A stretch of DNA of 64,000 nt. Source: Candidatus Limnocylindrales bacterium. Lineage in GTDB: Bacteria; Chloroflexota; Limnocylindria; Limnocylindrales; CSP1-4. Location: positions 29,870 to 93,869 of the forward strand of contig DASTOB010000061.1 of the NCBI GenBank assembly GCA_035720425.1. Direction: 5' to 3'. Shown in pieces: positions 10,568-18,869 of this stretch. Within the stretch, counting starts at the first letter, position 1, and each line of letters starts with the position of its first letter. The translations under genes and the position numbers were made by a program. The notes under the pieces were generated by a model. It saw nothing but the letters and a program-made list of their open reading frames with translations, did no database searches and was not told the origin of the DNA.

Positions 10568-11788
10568 ATGACGACCGAGTCGCGCCACGCGTCCGCCGAT
10601 GACCCGCGCGTCCTGCTCGACGAGCAGGTCGGCGTGTTCGAGCCGGTCCCGCCATACCCGCCGCGCACAGAACGCGAGGCGGAGTTCTACACGCTGCGCG
10701 ACGGCGAGATGTTCATCAACATCGGGCCGCACCATCCGTCCACCCACGGCGTCCTGCGGGTGGTGATGAAGATCGACGGCGAGAACGTCGTCGATCTCGA
10801 TCCCGTCCTCGGCTACCTCCATCGCGGCGTCGAAAAGCTGTGCGAGAACGCGGACTTCCATCACACGATCGCGTACATGGATCCGCTCGAATACATCGCC
10901 TCGCTGTTCTGCGAGTGGCCGGCGGTCATGGCCTACGAGAAGCTGCTCGACGTGGGGGTGCCGCGGCGGGCGGAGTACATCCGGGTCCTGACCGGTGAGC
11001 TGAACCGGATCTCGAGCCATGCGCTCGCGATGGGCTTCCATGCCCTCGACCTCGGCGGGCTGACCCCGATCCTCTACTCGTTCATCGAGCGCGACGAGAT
11101 CGTCGAAATGCTCGCCTCGATCACCGGCCAGCGGATGCTCTTCAACTACTTTCGGATCGGCGGCGTCAACGGCGACCTCAACCACGACTTCATGAGTCGC
11201 CTCGGGACGTGGATGAGCCGCGCGACGACCCAGATCGAGGCCAACACGGGACTGCTCAACGAGAACGAGATCTTCGTCCGGCGCAACCGCGGGCTCGGGA
11301 CGATTGACCCCCAGACCGCGCTGCGGATGTGCTGGACCGGCCCGAACCTCCGCGCGACCGGCATCCCGTTCGACATCCGGCGAGCCCACCCGTACTCGGT
11401 CTACCCGGAGCTCGACTTCGACATCCCGACCCGGTCGGAAGGCGACGCGCTGGCCCGCTACCTGCTCCGCATCGACGAGATCAAGCAGAGCCTGCGGATC
11501 ATCGACCAGTGCCTCCACGAGATGCCGGACGGTCCGATCATGGCCAAGCTGCCGCGCCTGCTCCGGCCCCGGCCGGGCCGGGCCTTCGCCGCGGTCGAGG
11601 GACCGCGCGGTGAGTACGCGATCTACGCCGTGAGCGACGGGACGGACCAGCCGTTCCGCTTCCGCATCCACGACCCGAGCTTCCTCCACCTGCAGTCGTT
11701 CAACCTGCTCATGGAGGGTCGCCTCATCGCCGACTGGATGGCGATCAACGCGAGCCTCGACCCGATCATGGGCGGCGTCGACAAATGA
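10568..11788 (+). CDS. nuoD: NADH-quinone oxidoreductase subunit D
   Basis: MFINIGPHHPSTHGVLR...LGYLHRGVEKL...RISSHAL...EGPRGEYAIY...IHDPSFLHLQ...DPIMGGVDK. The start is the ATG at 10568 (MTTES). Confidence 0.93.
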   Translation: MTTESRHASADDPRVLLDEQVGVFEPVPPYPPRTEREAEFYTLRDGEMFINIGPHHPSTHGVLRVVMKIDGENVVDLDPVLGYLHRGVEKLCENADFHHTIAYMDPLEYIASLFCEWPAVMAYEKLLDVGVPRRAEYIRVLTGELNRISSHALAMGFHALDLGGLTPILYSFIERDEIVEMLASITGQRMLFNYFRIGGVNGDLNHDFMSRLGTWMSRATTQIEANTGLLNENEIFVRRNRGLGTIDPQTALRMCWTGPNLRATGIPFDIRRAHPYSVYPELDFDIPTRSEGDALARYLLRIDEIKQSLRIIDQCLHEMPDGPIMAKLPRLLRPRPGRAFAAVEGPRGEYAIYAVSDGTDQPFRFRIHDPSFLHLQSFNLLMEGRLIADWMAINASLDPIMGGVDK

Positions 11789-11921
11789 CGGCCGCGCTGG
11801 GACGGCCGACGCCCGCGTTGCCGACTGCGCGGGTGCGCTCACGTAGCGTGGGCTACGCTCGCTTCCCTGCTCGTCGGCGCCTTGGCCTCGGCTCGTCCGA
11901 GCGCGGCCACGGGATGCTCGC

Positions 11922-13274
11922 ATGACCGTCGTGGCGCGGACCTGGAATCGGTTGACCCTTCCCGGGAAGATCGTGTTCACGGTCGTGCCGGTGCTCGTCG
12001 TCCTGACGGTCGCCGCGGTGGTGGCGATCGCGCTCGTCGGCGAGGCGGTCCTCGAGATCCTCGGCGCGAACCTGCCGATCGTCCGCTTCGTCGTCGCGGC
12101 GACGGCGATCCTGCTCATGACGATCCCGACGGCGTTCCTCATCATCTACATGGAGATGAAGGGCATCGCCCTCATGAACCTGCGGATCGGGCCAGACCGG
12201 GTCGGGCCGTTCGGTTCCCTCCTGTCGGTCATCCACGGGCTCAAGGTCCTCATGAAGGAGGACTTCACCCCGACCGGCGCCGACTCGACGATCTTCACCC
12301 TCGCCCCGGTGGTCGTCTACCTGTCGGCCGTCATGGCCCTGCTCGTCATCCCGTTCGGGCCTGGCCTGTTCGGCGTCGACATGAACATCGCCCTGCTCTA
12401 CTTCTTCGCCGTCGGCGGGCTGACCGTCGTGGGCCTGCTCATGGGCGGATGGTCGAGCTTCAACAAGTACTCGCTGCTCGGCGGTCTCCGCTCCGCGGCC
12501 CAGATCATCAGCTATGAGATCCCGCTCACCCTGTCGGTCGTCGGCGTCCTCCTGCTGGCGGGCACGATGAGCCTCAACCAGCTCGTCCAGAACCAGGCCG
12601 GCTGGTTCACCGATTGGTACATCTGGCAGCAGCCGCTCGGCGCGCTCATCTTCTTCATCGCCGCCACGGCCGAGGCGAACCGGACCCCGTTCGACCTGAC
12701 CGAGGCGGACTCCGAGATCGTGGCCGGCTTCGCGACCGAGTACTCCGGGATGCGCTTCGGCTTCTTCTTCTTCGCCGAGTACGTGAATGTGTTCATCGTC
12801 TCGGCGCTCATGGTCACGCTCTTCTTCGGTGGCTGGAACGCGCCGTTCCCGTTCCCGGCCACGAGTCTCGCGCTCGACCCGGCATCACTCGGGATCGGCC
12901 TGCTCATCCTCATCGCCGTCGTGCCGGTCGTCGCCACGCTCGTCTTCGCGGCCCCGTTCTGGCTGCTCCGCCCGGCCTGGCCGGCGTGGTACGGGCTCGT
13001 CATCGGGTTCGTCCTGTTCAACCTCGTCGCCGTCGCCGCCGTCGTCGGCTGGGCGTACATCAGCTTCGACTGGGTGGCCGGCCTCGCCTGGTTCCTGGTC
13101 AAGACGTACTTCTTCGTGTTCGTCTTCGTGTGGATGCGCGGGACGCTGCCGCGAGTCCGGATCGACCAGCTCATGAATTTCGCCTGGAAGTGGCTCATGG
13201 AGCTCGCCTTCATCAACATCTTCATCACGGCCGGGGCCATCCTCGTGATCGACGCCCTGAGGTCCGGGTCGTGA
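11922..13274 (+). CDS. nuoH: NADH-quinone oxidoreductase subunit H, with N-terminal extension and internal insertion
   Basis: RIGPDRVGPFGSLLSVIHGLKVLMKEDFTP...NRTPFDLTEADSEIVAGFATEYSGMRFGFFFFAEY...RGTLPRVRIDQLM. At 450 aa it is long for NuoH. It follows nuoD directly, where nuoE would normally sit. Confidence 0.9.
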   Translation: MTVVARTWNRLTLPGKIVFTVVPVLVVLTVAAVVAIALVGEAVLEILGANLPIVRFVVAATAILLMTIPTAFLIIYMEMKGIALMNLRIGPDRVGPFGSLLSVIHGLKVLMKEDFTPTGADSTIFTLAPVVVYLSAVMALLVIPFGPGLFGVDMNIALLYFFAVGGLTVVGLLMGGWSSFNKYSLLGGLRSAAQIISYEIPLTLSVVGVLLLAGTMSLNQLVQNQAGWFTDWYIWQQPLGALIFFIAATAEANRTPFDLTEADSEIVAGFATEYSGMRFGFFFFAEYVNVFIVSALMVTLFFGGWNAPFPFPATSLALDPASLGIGLLILIAVVPVVATLVFAAPFWLLRPAWPAWYGLVIGFVLFNLVAVAAVVGWAYISFDWVAGLAWFLVKTYFFVFVFVWMRGTLPRVRIDQLMNFAWKWLMELAFINIFITAGAILVIDALRSGS

Positions 13275-13927
13275 GCTTCGTCCCGGGCATCGGCCTCGTG
13301 AAGGGCATGGCCCTGACCCTGCGCCGGTTCTTCGAGCCGAAGGTGACGGTCCGCTACCCGGAGGTCCAGGCGGACATCCCGCCGAAGTTCCGCGGCCGCC
13401 TCCAGCTGCTGTATGACGAGTACGGCACGATCAAGTGCGAGACGTGCTTCCAGTGCGCCCAGGCCTGCCCGATCGAGTGCATCGACATGGGCGGCATCGA
13501 CACGAAGGGTCGCTACCACGTCCACTGGGGCGCCCCGGAGACGTACGGCGAGCGGCGCGAGGAATCGGCCCTCCGACGCTCCGGCAGGCCCGTTCCGGAT
13601 CCCGCCTACGCCCACTTCGAGCCGATCGACCTCGGGCCGGTCGACGCCGTCCTCGACGAGTACGACCACGATCCGGCGCACATGCTCGCGATCCTCGAGG
13701 GAACGCAGGCCGCCTACGGCTACCTGCCGGTCGCGGCGCTCAAGCGGATCAGCCACCGAACTGGCGCGTGGTACGCGACGATCTACGGGACCGCGACGTA
13801 CTACCGGCACCTCCGGTTCGAGGCACCCGGTGACGCGCTCGCGGTGGCCGATGCGGCGGCGCGCCGGCCCGGCGACGCCGCCTACCTCGACGCGCTGACG
13901 ACGGCGATCGGGCGGCGGGTCCAGTGA
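13271..13927 (+). CDS. Fusion protein: N-terminal half of NuoI (one 4Fe-4S motif) plus a NuoE-like helical domain that lacks the 2Fe-2S cysteines
   Basis: The NuoI-type N-terminus is LRRFFEPKVTVRYPEVQADIPPKFRGRLQLLYDEYGTIKCETCFQCAQACPIECIDMG, with only one CxxCxxCxxxCP. It is followed by a NuoE-like segment, HMLAILEGTQAAYGYLPVAALKRISHRTGAWYATIYGTATYYRHLRF, with no Cys afterwards. The GTG start overlaps the nuoH stop (GTGA). Confidence 0.75.
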   Translation: MSFVPGIGLVKGMALTLRRFFEPKVTVRYPEVQADIPPKFRGRLQLLYDEYGTIKCETCFQCAQACPIECIDMGGIDTKGRYHVHWGAPETYGERREESALRRSGRPVPDPAYAHFEPIDLGPVDAVLDEYDHDPAHMLAILEGTQAAYGYLPVAALKRISHRTGAWYATIYGTATYYRHLRFEAPGDALAVADAAARRPGDAAYLDALTTAIGRRVQ

Positions 13928-13940
13928 CGACGGTGACCCG

Positions 13941-15275
13941 ATGACGACCGTGCTGTCGACCCCGGCCGCCTGGCCGCGGATCCTCCTCGCCCGCGCCGGT
14001 GCGGCCGATCCGACCGACCTCGACGCGGCGGTCCGAGCCGGTGCCTTCGAGGGCCTCCGGCGGGCCGTGCGCGACCTGGGCCCGACCGGGGCGATCGCGA
14101 CGGTCGCGGCCTCCGGGTTGCGCGGACGCGGCGGGGCAGGCTTCTCGACCGGCGAGAAGTGGCGCGCCTGCGCCGGGACCGAGGCGCCGCGCCGGTTCGT
14201 GGTCGCCAACGCCTATGGCGCCGACCCGGCCTCGCGCACCGACCTCGCGCTCATCGAGCTCGATCCGTATGCGGTCATCGAGGGGCTCGCGATCGCCGCC
14301 TACGCGATCGGCGCGCGCGAGGCGATCGTCGCGATCCGCGCCGACGCGGCCGACGCCGTCCGGGCGATCGAGCGGGCGGTCGCGGCCGCCACGAAGGCGG
14401 GCTACCTCGGCGACGGCGTGCTCGGCTCCGGACACGACATCGACGTCACCGTCCGGCCCGTCCAGGGCGCCTGGATGCTCGGCGAGGAGACGGTGCTGCT
14501 CAAGGCGCTCGAGGGCCGCCGTGGCCAGCCGGAGCAGCGGCCGCCGTACCCGGCACGGCGCGGCCTGTTCGGCGCTCCCACCGTCGTCCAGAACGTGCAG
14601 ACGCTCGCGGCCGTGCCGTGGATCGTGACGAACGGGCCGGAGGCGTTCGCGGCGATTGGAGACCCGGACGCCCCGGGCACGATCCTCGTCGGCCTGCGCG
14701 GCCCATCCGGCGACGGCATCGCGGAGGTGCCCCTCGGGACGCCGCTTCGCCAGGTGGCCGCGCTCGCGGGGAGCCTGCCGCGCGGCCGGACGCTCAAGGC
14801 CGTCCTCGTCGGTGGCCCGTCCGGCGGGATCCTGCCGCCGAGCCTGCTCGACACCCCGTACACGTACGCCGGCCTCCGGTCGGTCGGGGCCCACGTCGGC
14901 TCCGGCTCCGTGGTCGTGGCGGACGATCGGGCGTGCATCGTCGACCTCGCCCGGATCCTGACCGGCTTCTGTGCCACGGAGGCGTGCGGCAAGACCATCC
15001 CGTGCCGGATCGGGACGCAGCGGCTCCTCGAGATCGCCGAACGGTTCGCCGGCGGACGGGCCCGGCCGACCGATCCGGACCTTGTCGTGGACCTCTCGGC
15101 GGACATCGTCGGGAGCGCGCTGTGCGACCACGAGCGGCTGGCGACGCTTCCGCTCACGAGCGGGATGCGATACTTCCGCTCCGAGATCGACGACCACATC
15201 GTGCGCGGCACGTGCCCCGCCGGCGTCTGCCGGCCGATCGCCGCGCCGGCCACGTCCGCCGCCGGAGCCCACTGA
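13941..15275 (+). CDS. nuoF: NuoF-like FMN/NADH-binding flavoprotein subunit (51-kDa family)
   Basis: GLRGRGGAGFSTGEKW (FMN/NADH site) and GEETVLLKALEG. The cluster region FCATEACGKTIPCRIGTQR...LCDHE is non-canonical compared with the usual SCGKCTPCR. Confidence 0.85.
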   Translation: MTTVLSTPAAWPRILLARAGAADPTDLDAAVRAGAFEGLRRAVRDLGPTGAIATVAASGLRGRGGAGFSTGEKWRACAGTEAPRRFVVANAYGADPASRTDLALIELDPYAVIEGLAIAAYAIGAREAIVAIRADAADAVRAIERAVAAATKAGYLGDGVLGSGHDIDVTVRPVQGAWMLGEETVLLKALEGRRGQPEQRPPYPARRGLFGAPTVVQNVQTLAAVPWIVTNGPEAFAAIGDPDAPGTILVGLRGPSGDGIAEVPLGTPLRQVAALAGSLPRGRTLKAVLVGGPSGGILPPSLLDTPYTYAGLRSVGAHVGSGSVVVADDRACIVDLARILTGFCATEACGKTIPCRIGTQRLLEIAERFAGGRARPTDPDLVVDLSADIVGSALCDHERLATLPLTSGMRYFRSEIDDHIVRGTCPAGVCRPIAAPATSAAGAH

Positions 15276-15282
15276 CGACGCA

Positions 15283-17937
15283 ATGGCAGACCTGATCACC
15301 CGCCCCGACGCCAGGCCACCGGCCCCACCGGCCGGGTCGCCGGCCGACGCCTCGCTCGCCGAGCGCCTGCTCGAGACGCAGGCGCCGCAGCGGCCGATGT
15401 CGACGCCGCGCATCCGGATCGAGGTCGACGGTCGGGTCGTGGAGGGCTTCGAGGGCCAGACGATCCTCGAGGTCTGCCGCGACAACGGGATCGAGATCCC
15501 GACCCTGTGCTACGAGCCCAAGCTGCCCGGCTTCGGCGCCTGCCGGATGTGCGTCGTCGAGGTCGACGGGGAGGACCATCCACCGATCTCGTGCTCGCGC
15601 GACGCCGAGGCGGGGATGGTCGTGCGAACCCAGACGGACGAGGTCCGGCGCCTCCGACGGACGAACCTCGAGCTCATCTTCAGCGACCACAACGCGTACT
15701 GCCTGCCGCCCTGCCAGAACAAGTGCCCCAGCCACATCGACATCCCGGGCTTCCTGAAGCAGAACGCCGAGGGCAACTTCCGCGAATCGACACGGATCTT
15801 CAAGCGGACGATCCCCTTCCCGTCGGTCCTCGGCCGGGTCTGTCCGGCGCCGTGTGAGGAGCACTGCCGGCGCGACGAGGTGGACGAGGCGATCGCCATC
15901 CGCGACAGCCATCGCTACGCTGGCGACCAGGTCCTCCGGGCGATGCTCGACGACGGCGTCGATCCACCGGTGCCGTTCGAGGTCCAGCCCCGGACCGGCC
16001 GGCGGGCCGCCGTCATCGGCTCCGGGCCGGCGGGCATGTCCGCGGCGTACTACCTGCTCATCTCCGGCCACGACGTGACCGTCTTCGAGCGCGACCCGGC
16101 GCCGGGCGGGATGCTCCGCTACGGCATCCCGCAGTACCGCCTGCCCAAGGTCGAGGTGCTCGAGGCGGAGTACGAGTCGGTCACCCGGCTCGGCGGGCGG
16201 ATCGTGTGCAACCAGGGCCTCGGACGCGACTTCACCCTCGACGACCTGCGCAACCAGGGCTTCGACGCGGTCGTCGTCGCGATCGGCTGCTACGACACGA
16301 ACAAGCTCGGCATTCCGGGCGAGGACGCCGAGGGCGTCTACGACGGCCTCGAGTACCTGCGCACGGCCACGCTGGGCCTCGAGGTGCCGGGGCACGCCGG
16401 CAGCCGGGTCGTCGTCATCGGCGGCGGGTTCACCTCGATGGACTGCACGCGGACGTCGGTCCGCCAGGGCGCGAAGGAGGTCACCCTCGTCTATCGGCGC
16501 GACATGAAGGACATGCCGGCCGCGAACGAGGTTCACGAGGCGCTCGAGGAAGGCGCCCAGGCCATCTTCCAGGCCGGCCCGTCGCGGATCATCACGGATC
16601 CGAAGAGCGGGCGCGTGACCGGCGTCGAGTTCATCCGGATGCAGCTCGGCGAGCCGGACGCGTCGGGGCGGCGCCGGCCGGAGCCGGCGCCCGGGACCGA
16701 GTTCACGATCCCGTGCGACCGGGTGCTCCTCGCCATCGGCCAGGGCCCGGAGCTCGACTGGATCGGACCGGGATCAGAGGGGGTCGAGGCGACCCGCCAG
16801 CGCCGCCTCAAGGCGGACGCGGTCACGTTCGAGACCGGCCGGCCGGGCGTCTTCGGCACCGGCGACGTGCGGATCGGCGCGGCGACGGTCGTCCAGGCCA
16901 TCGCCGAGGGCCGCCGGGCCGCGTACGCGGTCGATGCCTACCTGCAGGGCCTCGACCTGGGCGCGATCCGCACCCGCCAGACCCTGGCCGAGCCGCAGCC
17001 GGAGTTCCTGTCCATCGTGCCGTTCACGAGCGAGGTGAAGGAGCCGCGCTACCGGATGACGGCTATGGAGCCGGAGGTCCGAAACCGGAGCTACGTCGAA
17101 TACGAGATCCCGTACTCGCGCGAGGAGGCGGTCGCCGAATCGACGCGCTGCCTCCAGTGCACGTGCGAGGCGATCGGGTTCTGTGACCTCCGCCGCCTCG
17201 GAATCGAGTACGGGACGACGCTCCGGACGCTCGAGCCGCAGCACCACCAGGGCGCGGGCTACCGGAGCGTGACGGAGAACCGCTTCACCGGCGTCAACCA
17301 CGACTACCTCCGCGACGACTCGCACGCGTTCATCCTGCGCGAGCCGTCGCGCTGCATCGACTGCGGCCGATGCGCCAACGTGTGCGCCGAGGTGGTCGGC
17401 GCGGCGTGCTACGACTTCATGCGGATCGGCTTCGACACGCTCGTCACGACGCCGCTCGACATGAGCCTCAACGACACGCCGTGCGTGTCGTGCGGGCGCT
17501 GTGCCGAGACGTGCCCCACCGGCGCGCTCATGCCGAAGCCACGCGTGCTCCAGAAGTACGAGGTCGACGAGAGCCGCTGCATCCTGTGCGGGATCTGCGT
17601 CGACGCGTGCCCGTACGACGCGTTGCGCGACGGGGCGGACTTCGAGCTGTCGCACACGAGCCGGCAGGATCCGATGATCGACCTGCTCGCGATCGCCGCG
17701 GTCGAGCGCGAGACGGAGGTCACGTACATCCGGCGCGAGCGGGACTGGCTCGAGCGCGCGACGGCGGAGGGTCGGGTCATCGGCTCCGACCGGCTCCTCC
17801 CGGTCCTGCCGCCAACCGTCGCTGCGCGCGGCGAGACGGGCAACGGCCACGGGCACGGCAACGGCAACGGCCATACCGACGGGCACGGGATCACCGGGAT
17901 CGGGCCCGGCGGATCCGGCCACGCCCACCCGAAGTAG
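15283..17937 (+). CDS. Multi-domain Fe-S flavoprotein: NuoG-type N-terminal Fe-S module interrupted by a GltD/NfnB-type FAD-NAD(P)H domain and ending in the C-terminal half of NuoI
   Basis: - 2Fe-2S motif: LCYEPKLPGFGACRMCVVEV...ISC.
- H/C cluster: DHNAYCLPPCQNKCP.
- GltD-like domain: VCPAPCEEHC, AAVIGSGPAGMSAAYYL, VVVIGGGFTSMDC, FGTGDV..ATVVQAIAEGRRAA.
- NuoG N4-like region: CIDCGRCANVCAEVVG...CVSCGRCAETCPTGAL.
- NuoI second half: KYEVDESRCILCGICVDACPYDALRDGADFELS.
- His/Gly-rich tail: GNGHGHGNGNGHTDGHG...GHAHPK.
- I saw no molybdopterin-like NuoG C-terminal domain. Confidence 0.8.
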   Translation: MADLITRPDARPPAPPAGSPADASLAERLLETQAPQRPMSTPRIRIEVDGRVVEGFEGQTILEVCRDNGIEIPTLCYEPKLPGFGACRMCVVEVDGEDHPPISCSRDAEAGMVVRTQTDEVRRLRRTNLELIFSDHNAYCLPPCQNKCPSHIDIPGFLKQNAEGNFRESTRIFKRTIPFPSVLGRVCPAPCEEHCRRDEVDEAIAIRDSHRYAGDQVLRAMLDDGVDPPVPFEVQPRTGRRAAVIGSGPAGMSAAYYLLISGHDVTVFERDPAPGGMLRYGIPQYRLPKVEVLEAEYESVTRLGGRIVCNQGLGRDFTLDDLRNQGFDAVVVAIGCYDTNKLGIPGEDAEGVYDGLEYLRTATLGLEVPGHAGSRVVVIGGGFTSMDCTRTSVRQGAKEVTLVYRRDMKDMPAANEVHEALEEGAQAIFQAGPSRIITDPKSGRVTGVEFIRMQLGEPDASGRRRPEPAPGTEFTIPCDRVLLAIGQGPELDWIGPGSEGVEATRQRRLKADAVTFETGRPGVFGTGDVRIGAATVVQAIAEGRRAAYAVDAYLQGLDLGAIRTRQTLAEPQPEFLSIVPFTSEVKEPRYRMTAMEPEVRNRSYVEYEIPYSREEAVAESTRCLQCTCEAIGFCDLRRLGIEYGTTLRTLEPQHHQGAGYRSVTENRFTGVNHDYLRDDSHAFILREPSRCIDCGRCANVCAEVVGAACYDFMRIGFDTLVTTPLDMSLNDTPCVSCGRCAETCPTGALMPKPRVLQKYEVDESRCILCGICVDACPYDALRDGADFELSHTSRQDPMIDLLAIAAVERETEVTYIRRERDWLERATAEGRVIGSDRLLPVLPPTVAARGETGNGHGHGNGNGHTDGHGITGIGPGGSGHAHPK

Positions 17938-17946
17938 GCCGTCCGC

Positions 17947-18552
17947 ATGCCCTCCTGGATCCCCGGGGCGTTCCGGCCGCTGATCGCCACCGCGGTCCTC
18001 GCCGGCATCGTGCTGACGCCGGCGATCCTGACCGTCCTGCTGTGGGGCGGTGACTTCACCGACGCCCTGTTCCTCGTCTTCGCCGTGACCATGCTCGTGT
18101 CCGCGCTGGCGGTCGTGACGATGCGCGACATCATCCGCTGCGGTCTGGCGATGATCGTCTGCTTCGGTGCCCTCGCCGGCATCTACCTGCTCGCCGGCGC
18201 GACGCTCGTCGCCGCCGCCCAGGTCGTCGTCTACATCGGCGCGATCAGCGTGCTCATCCTGTTCGCGATCATGCTGACCGAGACGAAGGCGGCCCCGTCG
18301 CGGCTCGTGTTCCAGACCCAGGCCGGGCCGGCCGGTGTCGCCGCCGTGGTGCTCGCCATCGTCATCGCGATCACGGTCACGGCGACCGACTGGGGCGAGC
18401 TCGGCGAGCGCCTCCACACGGCGACGGACACGCTCGCCCGGCTGCTCTTCGCGGACTACGTCCTGCCCTTCGAGATCGTCGGCGTCCTCCTCCTCGCGGC
18501 CGTCATCGGTGGCGTGTTCATCGCCAAGCGCGAGCGGGGCGAGTCGCTGTGA
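17947..18552 (+). CDS. nuoJ: NADH-quinone oxidoreductase subunit J
   Basis: 201 aa, five TM segments, [22 protein letters not shown], and a C-terminal [16 protein letters not shown]. Confidence 0.9.
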   Translation: MPSWIPGAFRPLIATAVLAGIVLTPAILTVLLWGGDFTDALFLVFAVTMLVSALAVVTMRDIIRCGLAMIVCFGALAGIYLLAGATLVAAAQVVVYIGAISVLILFAIMLTETKAAPSRLVFQTQAGPAGVAAVVLAIVIAITVTATDWGELGERLHTATDTLARLLFADYVLPFEIVGVLLLAAVIGGVFIAKRERGESL

Positions 18553-18863
18553 TCGCCAACTCGCTCGATGCCTACCTGATCCTGTCCGGGCTCCTGTTCG
18601 CCATCGGCACGTTCGGCTTCCTCGCACGGCGCAACGCGATCAGCATGCTCATGTCGATCGAGCTCATGCTCAACGCGGTGAACCTCGCGATCGTCGCCTT
18701 CGGCGCGTTCGTCGCCGGCCTGGCGGAGAACGGATCGGTCATCGCGATCATGGTCATCGCCGTCGCGGCGGCCGAGGCGACGGTGGGGCTCGCGATCGTC
18801 ATCGCCATCTTCCGCAACCGGCGGACGCCGCTCGTCGACGAATACGACGCGATGCGGCGGTAA
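18549..18863 (+). CDS. nuoK: NADH-quinone oxidoreductase subunit K
   Basis: 104 aa, with [14 protein letters not shown] and [12 protein letters not shown]. The GTG start overlaps the nuoJ stop. Confidence 0.92.
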   Translation: MIANSLDAYLILSGLLFAIGTFGFLARRNAISMLMSIELMLNAVNLAIVAFGAFVAGLAENGSVIAIMVIAVAAAEATVGLAIVIAIFRNRRTPLVDEYDAMRR

Positions 18864-18869
18864 GGCACG

